A stretch of DNA of 63,417 nucleotides, counting the filler, from Saprolegnia diclina VS20 (lineage: Eukaryota), in the NCBI RefSeq assembly GCF_000281045.1. It is 7 parts of 4 records of this genome, joined end to end, with 100 filler letters (N's around TTAATTAATTAA, not from the genome) between each part and the next. Parts side by side here need not be neighbours in the genome. Positions count along the whole stretch, not along the records: positions 1 to 27,159 come from NW_008246073.1; 6 more parts are not named here. One strand, written 5' to 3'. Both the position numbers and the translations under genes were made by a program. The notes under the pieces were generated by a model. It was not told the DNA's origin. It did not search any database and was given only the letters and a program-made list of their open reading frames with translations. This document shows positions 11,139 through 24,247 of this stretch, piece after piece. Position 1 is the first letter of the stretch; each line of letters opens with the position of its first letter.

Positions 11139-13279
11139 TTAGCCGAGCAATTCTGCCTTTTGCTTTTTATAATCAAAGCTCGTCGCGTCGCCGTCGTCAC
11201 TGTTCTTCCGTTTCCACGGCAACTTTGCAAACATCGCCATCGGCTTGCTCTTGCGCTGCGGCGACGCCGCGATGACAAACCCCGAAGCTTCGCGGTCGGC
11301 GAGCGGCACCAACGGCGGCGGTCCGTCCTCGGGCTTGTCGGGCGAGCCCGGCTCATACGACTCGTCGAGTGCCGGCATAGGGCCCACGATGCCAGCATTG
11401 TTGGCGTTGTTGCTGTCGTCGTTGTCTTCCTTTTCCCAGTACGCTTCGTCCTCGTCCGTCAGCATCATCGTGCGGCCGCCCGTGGTGGACGCCACCGAGA
11501 CCGCGGCCATCTCTTCGGTGCTGCTGCCGTCGTCTTCGTGCGACACTTGCCGCTGGATCGCGCCAAAGAGACCGGGAAACAACGGCGTAAACTCCTTGGC
11601 GTACGTCGCGTGCACGTGTTCGAGGATCGAGACGCAGTGCTTGGCCTCGGCCGTGCCCAGAATGTCGAGCAGCGCCGAGACCACCGCGTTACAGTGGACT
11701 TTGCCGGCCTTGGTCTTCTCGGCGTGTCGGAGCAAGTCAAACACGTCTTCGAGCAGCGTACCAGAGAGCACAAACTTGGAGTAGAAAGCTTCGTTCATGC
11801 CAACGCAAGCTTTGAGACACTTGGCGGCCTTGATCTGGGCAAACTTGTCGGCCGAATGGAGCATCGCCGAGAGGAAGGTCGCGACCGGCTGCCGCGCAAA
11901 GACGTACTTGACGCGGTACCCGTGGTTGGCAATGCAGAGCGTGAGGATCTCGACGACGGTCGCGTGGAGGCCGTAGAGACTCGCGGGCGAGTTCTCCGGC
12001 AGCGTCAGAAGGTGGAAGAGCCACGGGATGTAGCCCGTGTACACCATGCCAAGGAACTTGTCGTCCTTGCCCGGAATGACGTTGAAGAGCAGCTTGAGAA
12101 TGTCGAGCACTTGGCCGCGATGCGCTTCGTGTACGTAGAGCGTCAACAAGAGGCCAAAGAGGAGCGAGTCGCCGGCTTCCCACTGCAAATAACAGCTCGC
12201 TGACGAGAGACCGACGTCGCGCGCATTGCGTTCGTCGGCCATGTACGACCGGACAATGTCGCCGCCCTGGAAGACCACGAGGCTGTGCACGAGCTCGAGC
12301 ACAATCGTGCGCGTCTCGAGCGATGCGGCGTCCGGGACGCCGAGCACGCGGGCAAAGCTCTGCAGAAGGCTCTGGCCGTTCGGCGACGTAGCAAAGAGCG
12401 CGTGGTGGAGCGAGCCAAACACGGGGTTGACACCGGTCGTGTCGGCCTTGAACATTTGCGGCAGGCGATGCGCGAGGCCGGCGTTGCGTGCCGGCGGCTG
12501 TGTGATTTGGATGAGCCGCATGAGGTGCTGGAGCAGCCGGATCGCAGTCGCTTGCGTCGCGGGATCGGCCACGAGCGCCCACAGCGCCGAAATGTACTCG
12601 GGGTGGTTGCTAATGTACGTGAGGATGCAAATGTTGTTTTCGTTCATGAGGCATTCCATCCACATGGCGCAGCCATCCGCGAGCGTCCGTGAGAGGATGT
12701 TGTCCTTGATCGCGTCCATGCGGAAGTTCATGTGGATGGCGGCAAGCACCGACTCTTCTTGGATCGGAATCACCTACGCACATGTGTAAGGAAGATGGCA
12801 TCGTCGAGGCAGTAGCTACCTGCTGGAAGCTCATGTGGCCTTCGAGGTCGGCGCGAAACGGAAGCTTTGAGAGCACGTTTGGGTTGTGTTCGAGGATACC
12901 CACAACATCGAGGAAGTACGCGTCCGAGAGCAAGAGCTGCAAGATCGGCGCGTCGCAGAGCTCGACTAGACAGAGATGGAGGTTAGCCGGCGATGGCCGA
13001 CGCAAAGCGTGGCCTACGCAGTAGCTTGACGATGTGAAAGAGCATTTCGAGACTCTCATCGTCGTCCATGTCCTTGCACTGGTCGGCGACGCGGACGAGC
13101 TCCTTGACGAACTCGCCATCGTGGTCGACGACGCACTTGGTCCGCGCAGCTCGCTGCGCCGGCGAGAGCATCATGCCATGCACATCCAGCGCGGCGACGA
13201 GGGCCTCGAGCGAGTGCATGGCGGGCAGTGGCAGCGCGGGCGCGTCCTGGCTCGGGCCGTCCTCGTCCTTGGCACTCAT
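11139..13279 (-). CDS. Protein phosphatase 4 regulatory subunit 3 (SMEK/Psy2)-like protein
   Basis: Three exons (introns near 13017-12966 and 12819-12774). Motifs FLDVVGILEHNP, IHMNFRMDAIKDNIL (SMK-1 IHQTYRxQYLKDVVL-like) and EILTLCIANHGYRVKY, with an acidic/basic tail. Confidence 0.8.
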
Positions 13280-14154
13280 CTTCCTACCAATTGCCAGTCC
13301 CCGGAACAGAGTTACGCCGGGGGACCTCCCCCCTCCTCCCTACCGTCATTAAAAGCCCAGATTTAATGTTGCATACAAATGGCCTGTACAGTAATAAAAA
13401 ACGTGTTTTTATCCCACCGTTTTATTCCAATACGACATTTGTATACGACCCGAATAGTATTGCACGAGCTCGGAACAACCCGAATATTACAGGCCGCGAA
13501 GGACCCATGCCCTGTACTTGATGTTTGTATGCAGTTGCATACCGGCCTGTGATTGGTCTGCTATTAATAACGCTCGCTCCACGCCGCGCCCTGCAACCCA
13601 TCGACTAACTAACTAACGCACCGATCCCACTGCAATGATGCCCAAGGATAGGGATTGAAGGCTCTGGGATGCGAGCCATTTACGGTCGATCGACCAGAGC
13701 CCGTCGTGTCTTTGCAGGATTACGCGGCGAGAGTGCGACAGACAGATGGTCGGAAGCCAGCGACGGCGCGAGAACGGTGTTTTTTACGCGCGTTGTTTGA
13801 CTTCAAGCCGAGGTTGGAGTCGACGCCGGTGAGACCAAGCAGCTGAGTCCGAGCCGGTTGCACCCGATAATATGCTCATGCGAAGCAGGCAGTAAGCAGA
13901 TGCACAGTTTGCGTCAAGCAACGACCGTGGTCCAGCATGAAGCGGTGGAAGCGACAACGAGAAGCGGTCGCGACTCAGATCTTAGACTGGGCACACGGGC
14001 ACACACTCATTTATCACGCACCCATGCTTTTCACATGCAACGTGTAAAAATAATAGCTTGATGAATGTATGCGGGTAGATTTTCACAGCTATTTTCACAC
14101 GTCTCGCCTCGTGCGCCACGAAGCGACGCCCGGATTCTTCCGGATACGATAGGA

Positions 14155-15265
14155 ATGACCGGATACCAATTGATACGATCTTGGATGCTGGCGTGGAGCC
14201 AGGAGCGACGCCGCGAGTACGAGGACCGACTCGACTCGGCCCGCGGGGTACGTTGCGCCATCGTATGGAGCTTGCCTCATAGGCGCAGCACCGAGGTACC
14301 TACCGCGATGAGCCCCGGCGAGACCACGACCGCCCACGCGTCTCGGCCCGTGACCCGGTTCGGCAGCCAAGCGTCTGGGCTGCTCATGGGCCTTGGCTGC
14401 TAGGGCTACGCCGACGAGCGCCACTACCGAGCCGCCATGGAGCACGAAAAGAGGTCTTCGCCACGTACTAAGTCGGTGCGGGGAGATTTCCATGCCTCTC
14501 GCCCACACGAGCACCGCCGGGACGACCATGCAATCCCTCGCGCCAGCGTACCTACATGATCGCGGTTGCGCAACATCCTCATGGCTTCGTAGACCAAGAA
14601 CATCTCGGGCATTGCTGCGTTTCACGAAGACGAGTACGTCGGGTACTTGCAAGAGCGCCGCGAAATGAAGGCGTCGCGGCCGCCGGATCGAGGTACATGC
14701 CGTAGCCCGTGATGGCGACATGCGACGAAGCGTAGGCAAATGGAAGTGCATGGGCACGACCTTTATGGCAGACGCCGAGCACTCGTGCTTGTACGTGCCG
14801 TCTACCGACCGGGTCGTCGTGGAGCGGCAGTTCTGGACCTGGGCGGGCCGCGAGGTCATCCTTGACAAGGTTGTCTCGTCCGAGACGCCTGTTGAAACGG
14901 GAGATGACGACGAACGGCTGCCTGCCTACGACCTCGCCCCGCACCAGCAGCTCATGGGTCACGACCCGTGGACGGACATCAAACCGTTGCCGATGCCACC
15001 GAGCGTTGGGGATGGGAAGAAGGAGAGTGCAGAGGCAAAAGCAGTGGCGACTCCTCCCATGCAAGCAGACAAGCCCAAGGCAGAAGGCGACGACAAGGCA
15101 AGCAGTGCCAAGCCTGCAAACGAAAGCCGCGCGGCTGACCCCGCACCTTCAAAAGCCTCCAGCGAGCCGGCACCCAAGGACGACGCCACGCGCGCTGCGA
15201 CCGAGCCGTCACCAGCAGCAGCGTTGCGCGAGCATGCAGTCGACGAGACGAAAACCACATCATAA
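14155..15265 (+). CDS. Hypothetical multi-exon protein (R/D/E/H-rich N-terminus, low-complexity tail)
   Basis: Short GT-AG introns link small exons to a coding-like terminal exon (KWKCMGTTFMADAEHSCLYVP...). The start and exact exon boundaries are uncertain. Confidence 0.45.
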
Positions 15266-15447
15266 ACCACATGACAATTATGTACAACTTCTACGAAATC
15301 TTCTATCTACTTGAATATAGTTGTCGAGTAGTTGGTGGCAAAAAAGCGTTCAACACGCTGATTGGTGGAAAGGTAGCGCGGGATCTCATTGGCTACCATT
15401 TCGTCCAATGGCCTCGTCGCTGGCAACAACTGGATACAATCACAACG

Positions 15448-17248
15448 ATGACACGGCCGAGCAACAAGCACCGCGGGTCCAAGCGCAAGGCGAGTGACGG
15501 CAACAAGCAGGCCGAGACGAAGCGCAAGGCGAATGACGGCAACAAGCAGGCCGAGGCCAAGCCCAAGGCGAAGGCACCCAAGAAGGTCGAGTCCAACACG
15601 CCGCAAGGCCGCCTCGAGGCCATCCTTGGCATGTCCCTCGGCGCGTTCCAAGCTGAGTACTTTGAGAAGAAGCCGCTGCTGCGCAAGAACGTGTCACCGT
15701 GCGCCGGCCTCTTTAGCCGCCAAAAGCTGCTCGAAGTGCTCTCGCGCGACCCGCTCGAGTACGGCAGCGACCTCACCGTGACGCACTACAAGGTACACGC
15801 GGCACCGATTCGCGACGCCATTGATGTTAGCATTCTTGACGTAGGACAACCAGCGCGACAACTACATGCCCGAGGACCCGAACGACACGATTGCGACGTC
15901 CAAGCAAGTCGAAAAGCTCATGAAGCAAGGATACAGCGTCCAGTTTTACCAGCCGCAGCGCTACAACGACGAGCTCTGTGCTGTCAACGCATCGCTCGAG
16001 CAAACGTTTGGCTGCCTCGCCGGCGCTAGCGCGTACCTCACGCCGCCCAACGCCCAAGCCGTATGCTTATTCCTGACAGATCCATCGTACTCAGTTTAAC
16101 GAATAGCTCGCGCCGCACCACGACGACGTCGACGTGTTTGTGTTCCAGACCCAAGGCAGTAAGAACTGGAAGCTGTACGCGCCGCTCGTGCCGCTTGCTG
16201 GCGAGCACAGCGGCGACTTTACGCAAGATATGATTGGCGAGCCGACGATGGAGCTCACGCTCAACGAAGGCGACTTGCTCTACTTCCCGCGCGGCGTCAT
16301 CCACCAAGCGTACGTACATGATCAACCTCGCCCGTCCTCTCATATGGCGCAACGGTAGGTGCACGGGCAGCACGTTCTCGACGCACGTGACCATCTCGAT
16401 CTACCACCACAATTCGTGGGCCAACTTTATGGAGGTCGCGCTGCCCCGCATTGTTCGCCGCGCGTTCGAGCACGACATTGAGTTTCGCCGCGGCCTCCCC
16501 GCGAATTGGCTCTCGTTCATGGGCACGCAGTTTGACGGCGAGACCAAGGCGGCGACGCAGTTCATGTCCAAGTGCAAGAACCTCGTGGTATTTTTGTGTA
16601 TTTTTTGTATTTTCTGCAATTTTTTGGGACGCGGTTCGATCCTCGCTCTAGTCGCAACTGCTCCAGCACGTTGAGATGACCGACATGCAAGAAGCCGCCG
16701 ACGAAGCCGCGCTGGACTTTGTGCAGAACCGCCTTCCGCCGTGGCCGATCACCGAGCCAGCGCCGCCGACCATCTCGGCGCTCGACCCGAAGGCCAAGGT
16801 GCGCCTCCCGCACAAGGCCTACATGCGCCTCGTCGTGTCCGAGATGGACGGTATGGACGTTGTGACGCTGCACCACTCGCTGCACAACTGCCGCGTCCAC
16901 CACATGGGCGTGTGCTCGTGCGGTGACGAGGACGAAGACGACGACGCGAATGACGAGAATGACGAGAATGACGAGAATGACGGGCAGGACAGTCATGACG
17001 GTCATGACGACAATGCAAGCGGCAGCGACGAAGACGATGACATGATGGACGAGATGGCGCCAGGTGACATGGTCAACACGGGCATTGCGTTTCCGATCGA
17101 CTGCTTCCCCGTGCTCATGCACCTGTACAAGACGTCGCCCGGCTTCTCGACGCAAGCCGACCTCGCGCAGGTCGCCGACAGCGACGCAGTGCGCGGTGTG
17201 CTCCTGCGCTTGATGGCAGAGAACGTGCTCGACGTACAGCGCGCCTAA
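15448..17248 (+). CDS. JmjC/cupin ribosomal oxygenase (NO66/RIOX1-MINA53/RIOX2 family)
   Basis: Spliced product contains FQAEYFEKKPL, QFYQPQRY, GASAYLTPPNAQALAPHHDDVDVFVFQTQGSKNWKLY (HxD iron ligands), EGDLLYFPRGVIHQA (distal His) and STHVTIS. Four short introns. Confidence 0.9.
15481..15555 (+). repeat. 39-nt tandem duplication encoding KRKA(S/N)DGNKQAE(T/A)
   Basis: Two near-identical copies of aagcgcaaggcga(g/a)tgacggcaacaagcaggccgag in the basic N-terminus of the oxygenase. Confidence 0.9.
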
Positions 17249-17952
17249 GCTCCCAAAAGCGCTTCCTCGCTTTCACTTCGCCATCATTTATTGTGTTGAC
17301 AAACAGACGCAACCCCACTTTGCTCACCCTTGTCGGCATGGGCGGTGGCTAGCATTTGGTTCTTGGTCGTTGGGCGTGCGTTGTAGGAATGGTCCATAAC
17401 GAAGCTGGCTTGCCAACGGAGGACGTCGCTGCAGCATGACAGGACTCGACGAGCGACTGAAGGACGATTGTGCAACTGGTAACGGTAGTACTAACGTTGG
17501 TGAGAACTGTGAGATCAAGGTATTTCGCAGCACCTAAATGCACAGGGCTAATTGGCTTAATAAAAGTCAGACATGTGGGTCTCGCGTGTTGGCCACCAAG
17601 AAGGGCGGCGTGTTACTCGTGCCTGATGGCAGCGCCTCTGCCGCTGCCACGTGTCTAAAGCTGATGACCAGCATTTTACGGCTCGAGCGGAAATGTCGGT
17701 AGCCCTCCGAGTACGTACTCGTACAGTGCGTAGCCCTCTGGCTTCGCATCGTTTCTTGTGCGTGTCGTTGGTGTGTCTCTAGACGGGCGACTTGCGTGGC
17801 TGGCTGAGTGGGGTATGGGTCGGGCGACTTGGTGCTTCAAGAAAGGCGCCACTTTGACTTTGAAGCCCCGATATTATCCGGACATTATACGGATAAGAGC
17901 GACCAGCCGAGCGATTGGCACATTCGGCAGCCAACTGGAGAAGATCCGGGGC

Positions 17953-20298
17953 ATGGTGGACGTGGACGGCGTCTTCTCGCACTTCCAGGCGACGCCGCTC
18001 AAGCTCAAGCGCCGTGCACCGACGGCACCGACGGTCGCGAGGCGTAGCCCGCCGCAGAACCCAGCGCCGGCGCGCCGCCAACGAGTACCGTCCAAGATGG
18101 TCGCCCGGCAGCCGTCGCGCACCAAGCTCACCGACGGCGTCGTCGCGCCATCAAAGAAGCGGGTGCTGCCCGTGCACCCATCGTCGGCCAAGAAGCGAAA
18201 GCTACTGCTCGCGATGCCGCCGCCCGACGACGACAACGTGCCCGTCCAACAAAAGCTCGTGTTTGACACGCCACCACGCAAAGCGGCGAGAACGCACGTC
18301 GAGACCGCAGCTAACGACAATGATACGAACGACATGCTCGCCACGGACGCAGGCTGGACGCCGCCACGACCAGAGACGCCACCTGTGCCTCACACGCCAT
18401 TCCGGTCAGAGACGCCACGCCGCCCCGAGACACCGCCACGGCCAACGACGCCGCCGCGGTTGGAAGTTTTGCGCACCGCGGTAGCGCCGGCGACACAAGA
18501 CACAGCATTCGAGACACCAAAGAAGTGCGCTCCACCGTCCCGCGGCCAAATCCTGTCGCCGCTCTCGTACCTTCGACTGCACTCGGCGCCAACGGATGTC
18601 AACGCGGGCCCGCCGCCTTTTTCACCCAATGTCTTTGACGAGCCGCGTCGACTCGAGCCTTCGGCGGCCTCGAGCCTATTGCCTCCGACACCGCCGCTGC
18701 CGCCCAGCGTGGTTCCTACCGTTGATCTTGGCTCTCGGTCGTCGTGCAAGCCCGCCAAACGCGAGCTCCTCGCGCCACTTCAAACCCGCCGCAGCGCCCG
18801 GCTACAGGCGGCCTCGGGCGACGCACCACCCGATATCGAAGCGCTGACACTAGAGCGGCCATCCCACTTGCGTCGGACGCCCGGGACAAAGGTCCTCCGC
18901 TCGCGCGCACACACGGCTCTTGTCCAAGCTCACATGGACACCGCGCTCGCGAAATCACCGCCCACGACGTCGTCGACGGTCGTGGCCTTGAGCTGGGCGT
19001 CCATTCAAGAGATGTACGCGGCCAAAGTGCTTCCGAAGACCGTCTCGACGGCGCTCCATGCAGTCTTTACGTCGTGGATGCTCTGCGAAGACGTCGTTGC
19101 GACCTCCGAACCCAGTACTTCACGCCTCGCGTTTGCTGCCTTTGACCAGTCGACGATCGACCTGCGCTACGACGTAGCTGATACTCACGGTACCTCGCTG
19201 CTTTGTATCAAAGTATCAGTCGTATGGTTTGGGACGTAGGCGCTATGCGCACGGTACCGGTGCTTTTGGCTCACTACGCGGCGCTGTACGACCAACTGCA
19301 AGCCTTGACGTTGACCCAGCAATCGCTCCTGCGCACGGTCTTGGCGCACGTGGCGTCGGTGGCGTCGGCACCAATAACGATGGCCTCGACGCTGCTACAG
19401 CATGCGTGGACACGTGGCGCACCGCGGCTTGTCCGTGCGGCCACCACGTACTTTGCAACCATCACAGCGCAGCCCGAGACGCTGTTACACAAGTTGGGGT
19501 CGCTCGCCGGGTCGCTCCTCCGGCATGTGCTTCGCGCCATCTTCTTGTCGTTTGACGCACGCCTCGATGCCGGCGACTCGCGCGCCCCGAGCGTCGCTCT
19601 GCCCAAGGCGCTGTACGCTCACCACGACTTGGGGGCTGCTGTGCACCGCGCCCTCGTCGACCGTATGGCGGGAGCGCTCGACGACTACCACACAGCTCTC
19701 TGCGTTGACTTTTTGGCGACTGCATTTCAAACACTGTGGCGGTATCGGTCCGAGCCGTATTTGCAAGCGCACATTGCCGTCATGGAGAAAACCGCGGCCC
19801 GGATCGCAGCGTACGTCCTCCTGCGATAGTCGATACAAGAGGATATCGCCGTATGCTAGGCTCGGCTTGGACGACGAAGCGTACTTGGCGCCACTGGCGG
19901 CCCTTGGCACTTTTGTTGCGACGCTCGAGAAGGAACAGCGCGCCGTCGCCAGCGTTTTGGCCCGCGCCCCGGTGCCCGAGCCGCGCGACCTCCTCTCCTG
20001 TCCCTTGCGTACGTCGACGTGCAGTTCATGTCGGTTGCGATGGCGGTGTGTTGTGTAGCGGAGAAGGAGTCGACGCCGCTCAAGACGCGCTTTGACGCGG
20101 CGAGCGGCTGCTTTGAGTGCAAGCAAGCGCTCCGCGACGACGCGATCGTCGAGTGCCGGACGTGCCACCACAAGTACCATCTCGCGTACGTTCTTGTCGA
20201 CTTGCTCTCTCGTTTGATGCTGGGGATGTAGCTGCTTGTACTTGCCACTGACGTTTCGCGATCCATCGCGGCGCTACGTCTGCCCGCATTGCTTGTAG
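17953..20298 (+). CDS. Hypothetical nuclear protein with Pro-rich/TP-rich N-terminus and C-terminal PHD finger
   Basis: Multi-exon. The last exons splice (intron 20186-20231) to CFECKQ...CRTCHHKYHLACLYLP...YVCPHCL*, a C4-H-C3 PHD pattern. Confidence 0.7.
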
Positions 20299-20332
20299 AG
20301 GCCAATAGACTCTTATAGAAGAAGATTTGAAT

Positions 20333-21896
20333 CTACATCGACACGTGCTCGAGCACCGCTGCGAGGAGTGACGGGTCGTCAATGCCGCAGGTCGCAAACG
20401 CACGCTCGATGCGGGTTGCGGTCCGTGGTCCGTGCTACGCACATGTCGTAATCACATCAGACAACTTGTCTTACTTGGGCGGCGACGTGGAGCACGCGTG
20501 TCGCAAGGATGCTGAGATCGGGCGCGTCGTCGTTCGGCATGCAGAGACGTGCGAGGTGTTCGTAGAGGTGCAACGACTGCGTCATCGCGCTGATGCTGTC
20601 CTAAGAAAGGCACGACAATGAGATCTGAGAGTCCAGACAAAGGGCTACTTCAAGCAGCTGGAGGCGCTGGAATGCGGCGAGGACGAGGCCCGGGCGCATT
20701 TGCTGGGCGAGCAGCGTCGTGAGCGCGGGGATCGCACGCAGCGCAAAGACGCGCAGCAGCGTCTCCGAGTCATCGAGCAAGAGCGTCACGCTCGGCAGCA
20801 GCCCGTCCGGTGCCTCGGCCATGTAGTTGAGTGCCTGGGCTGCGTTCGCGGCGGCGGCAGGCTCGCTCAAGCAGGCCACGAGCGGCGCGACGGCCACGGC
20901 GAGCAGCTTGGGCTTGGCCTCCTCGGCGGTCGCAAGCGCCATGAGCGTCCCCGCCAAGCAGCGCTGGAGGTCGGGCTTGTCCTTGCACGGGATCGCGCCG
21001 GCCTGGAGCGCGATTAGCACTTTGGTGCAGAGCTCGACCGCGTTCGAGCCTATCGCTTCGATTTTGCCATAGTTCTAACCCCAACCCGGTCAAGTGCCGT
21101 CAAAGAAAGGCGACGCGTACGTGAGTGGCGAGATTCCAGAGCGTCAAAATGGCGCTGCGGAGCACGGGCAGCGCGTAGTGCAGCGGCTTCTTGACGACGC
21201 GCAGCAGCGCTGGCACGATGTGGTACGTCGTACACACCTCGGCGCCGTGGGCAGCCTTGGTCAAGTTGGCAAACGCATGGAAGAGGAGGTCGGTGGCGCG
21301 CGGCGACAGCGGCGTGCTCTCGTCGGACGCCATGGCCACGAGTTTCTCGGGCATGTACGCGCGCCCGAGCACGCTGCCAATGCCTTCTTTTGCGCTCGTG
21401 AGGTTGACAATCGCGTCCAGCGCCGCCTCGACGCACGGCTCGTCGTCTTCGCTCAAGAGATGGTTCAAGTTGAAGAGCAATGTCGGGTCGGCGTGCAGCG
21501 CTGTGGCTCCTTCAAAGTCCCAAGCGAGTGCTATGCACAATGTGGATGTTGTGCCGGTAGGAAAGCTATGCGAGCGAGGATTGAACCTGCAACGACGTTG
21601 GCGGCGTGCGCCTTGACGCGCGGATTCGGCAGTGTGAGGAGGCGGCCACAGGACGGCACGACGCCTGCCGCGATGGCCTTGACCTTGTTCTCAGGCGACG
21701 AGAGCAGCTCGGCGAGCTGGCGCATGGCATCGATGCGCGCTGCGTCGTCGAGCGGCTCGTCCGGCGACAAGAGCCAGCAGTAGCGCGCAACATCGCCGCT
21801 GCCGTATGCGCGCGAGATCTCGTGCGGGTCCTTCTCCTCGCGGAACCCGCTGCGGTACGGCAGCCGGTCGCTCAGCTGGTCGCTCACGCGGTGCAT
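20333..21896 (-). CDS. Armadillo-repeat radial spoke protein (RSPH14/RTDR1-like)
   Basis: N-terminal HEISRAYG...AMRQLAELLSSPENKVKAIAAGVV resembles the RSPH14 N-terminus and is followed by ARM repeats. Exons join via short GT-AG introns and end at ...LLAAVLEHVSM*. Confidence 0.65.
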
Positions 21897-22524
21897 GCGT
21901 CGGTTCGTGCTCGCGATCCAGATGCGTATTCCAAAACGGTCTCAACATCGTATCTTTTGCCATTGCATCAGGCAGCACGCACGCTGGCTTCGTCGCGACC
22001 GACACCTTTGTGTTGCATGGCCATGCTTGGCATCCACCGGTATGGCTACCCAGGTACATCTACGCGTGGCCAGAAAGGCCAGGTGCCACCTACTGCAGCT
22101 TGAAGTACGCACCCCACGCCACGCGCGCTGCGATGCCAACGACCCGACAGCACCCTAGCATAGCATGTCCTACCGCCTCTACGAGCAAGACGTCCGCTTC
22201 AGGACGCAGCGACTCGGACTTGGCCTGCAGTCATGGCCGGCGATCAAATTCAGCAAAATAGTATCTTGCTGCAAGCTATTTCTCGCCGCATGTCGCAGGA
22301 TGAAGGCGCAAGCGGAACGACCAGCGTGCGCTCGGCGCGTTCTCACGCCCGGCGCGGTGTTGGTGCAGCGATTGGCGTGGCCAAGATTAGCGCCGATAGC
22401 GGCCGCCGATCGAAGCTTGAGCGAGGTAACGTGCGTCTGTGATTGGTGGAAACGGTATCTTTTCAACCAATGAGCACGCGAATACCGGCGGGCGACCTTT
22501 CACAATCGAATTTGTCCAGACGTC

Positions 22525-23808
22525 ATGGCCGAGGGGTTTGAGAAGCAGGCGGTGTTCCGCCGCCTGGGCAGCAGCGTGCAGACGTCGGCCGAGGCCAAGG
22601 GCGCGCGGATCGTTATCGCCGCGAGCGGAACCACCGACATTGGCTCCGCGCGCTGCGCTGTGAACCAGGACACGTACATGGCGCTGGACGTCGGCGGCGG
22701 CAGCGTCGTCCTCGGCGTCTTTGACGGGCATGGCAAGGAGACGGGCCATATTGCAGCCGAGGCCGCGAAAGCGTTCTTCATGTCACACTTCGAGTTGCCG
22801 GAATCGCTTGCCGCGATCGAGGCGCAGCCCGAAGCCGAGCTGCGCTCGCTCTTTGGCCAATGCCACGCCCATATCTACCGCGCATTCCAAGCGCACTACG
22901 CGTCGCTCGGGCTCTGCATGCGCGACGACAGTCTCAACGGTCGATCGTTTCTCCTCAAGCGAAAAGGCCCGTCGCAGCCATACACATGCGTACAGGGCGG
23001 GACGACTGCGACGCTGGCCATTTTGCTGCATGGCACGCGACTGCTCGTGGCCAACGTCGGCGACTCGTCCGCGCTCCTTGCCGGCGCAAACAGCGTGCGT
23101 ATCACGCCGCTCCATGCCCTCTCGGACGCGCCCATCTACTGCCCGCACGCGCCGTCTTCATCGTCTGACGGGAATCCTTGCGAAAGCGAGAACAACAACT
23201 GCAGCGATCACACGATGCACCATCTCATCTCGGGCGACCACTCGGCCGAGTCGCGCATCGAGTTTGACCGCGTCGCCACAAGCGACGTCCAGGGCCTGCA
23301 GTTCCTCTATGACGCGCCGTGCGTCGCGAATCGGCTCGTGCGCGTGCCCATCTTTACCAAAAACAGCGCCGGCGACGTAGTCCAGAGCGCTGGCGGCCGC
23401 TACTACAAGAACGTGCGCAACGAATGGGCGTCGATGGTCGCGGCTCCGATCGATGCTGCGTTCGCCGACTGCCTCGCGTTCACACGGTCGCTCGGTGACT
23501 TTCACTTGCACGCGCACGGCCTCTCGTGGCAGCCCGATGTGCTCGACATCTCGCTCTTTGACGACCCGACGAGCAGCAGTGAGTTGGCGATCGTCTTGGC
23601 GACTGACGGCGTCTGGGACGTGTGGCAGTACGACGAGCTCGCGCAGTTTGTGCTGTCGACCAAGAACGAGAGCGACGCGTCGCCCGAGGTTGACGCCAAG
23701 GCCCGCGCCCGCCGCCTCCTCCAAGAGAACCTGGCCAAAGCCCACACCATCTTTGGCGACCAAGCCGACAACATGACGGCCGTGCTCTGCTATCTCTCGC
23801 GCACCTAA
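22525..23808 (+). CDS. PP2C-family (PPM) protein phosphatase
   Basis: Intronless 427-aa ORF with NQD, GVFDGHG, GGTTA, VANVGDS, LAFTRSLGD, LATDGVWD and ADNMTA motifs. Confidence 0.93.
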   Translation: MAEGFEKQAVFRRLGSSVQTSAEAKGARIVIAASGTTDIGSARCAVNQDTYMALDVGGGSVVLGVFDGHGKETGHIAAEAAKAFFMSHFELPESLAAIEAQPEAELRSLFGQCHAHIYRAFQAHYASLGLCMRDDSLNGRSFLLKRKGPSQPYTCVQGGTTATLAILLHGTRLLVANVGDSSALLAGANSVRITPLHALSDAPIYCPHAPSSSSDGNPCESENNNCSDHTMHHLISGDHSAESRIEFDRVATSDVQGLQFLYDAPCVANRLVRVPIFTKNSAGDVVQSAGGRYYKNVRNEWASMVAAPIDAAFADCLAFTRSLGDFHLHAHGLSWQPDVLDISLFDDPTSSSELAIVLATDGVWDVWQYDELAQFVLSTKNESDASPEVDAKARARRLLQENLAKAHTIFGDQADNMTAVLCYLSRT

Positions 23809-24247
23809 GCGATGTGGGTCCGCTCGCATTCGTCTCCAGGTCGCTTCACGACTTGCCATCGTATTACACTATCCGATTTTATAACCCTAATCTCCTCAAC
23901 AAGACAAATATGACCTTTCCGGTTAGGTGTATGCAACCCTTGCACTAATGCAGATGAAGCATGGTACATGTAGTAGCTCCGCACAGCACTGAGGTAGTCG
24001 TGCATGCCGTTCATCAACAGCAGACCACCAACAGAGCGGTGGGTGCGAAGTGGATCACATCATTGTGTTGCTGCTGGTACAAGGGTATCCTTGAGCCTTT
24101 TGATAGAAGTGATAGGCGACTAGGTAGCGACTGCAGTTGTGGTCTGGTGGCTACCGTCGTGGGCGCAGAAGAAGCAGAAGGATGCGCAAGGTGACGAGAA
24201 AGAGGAATGATGAATATGCAAAAAGGTTCTAGCAGTGACGAGGACGA

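Noticed and set aside
5596..12789. Long plus-strand ORFs antisense to genes (e.g. 6419-7369, 11160-12203)
   Set aside because: Expected shadows of GC3-rich coding sequence on the opposite strand; no recognisable motifs.
16925..17045. GAATGACGA repeats in the oxygenase gene
   Set aside because: Ordinary slippage encoding an acidic low-complexity loop (DENDENDEND).
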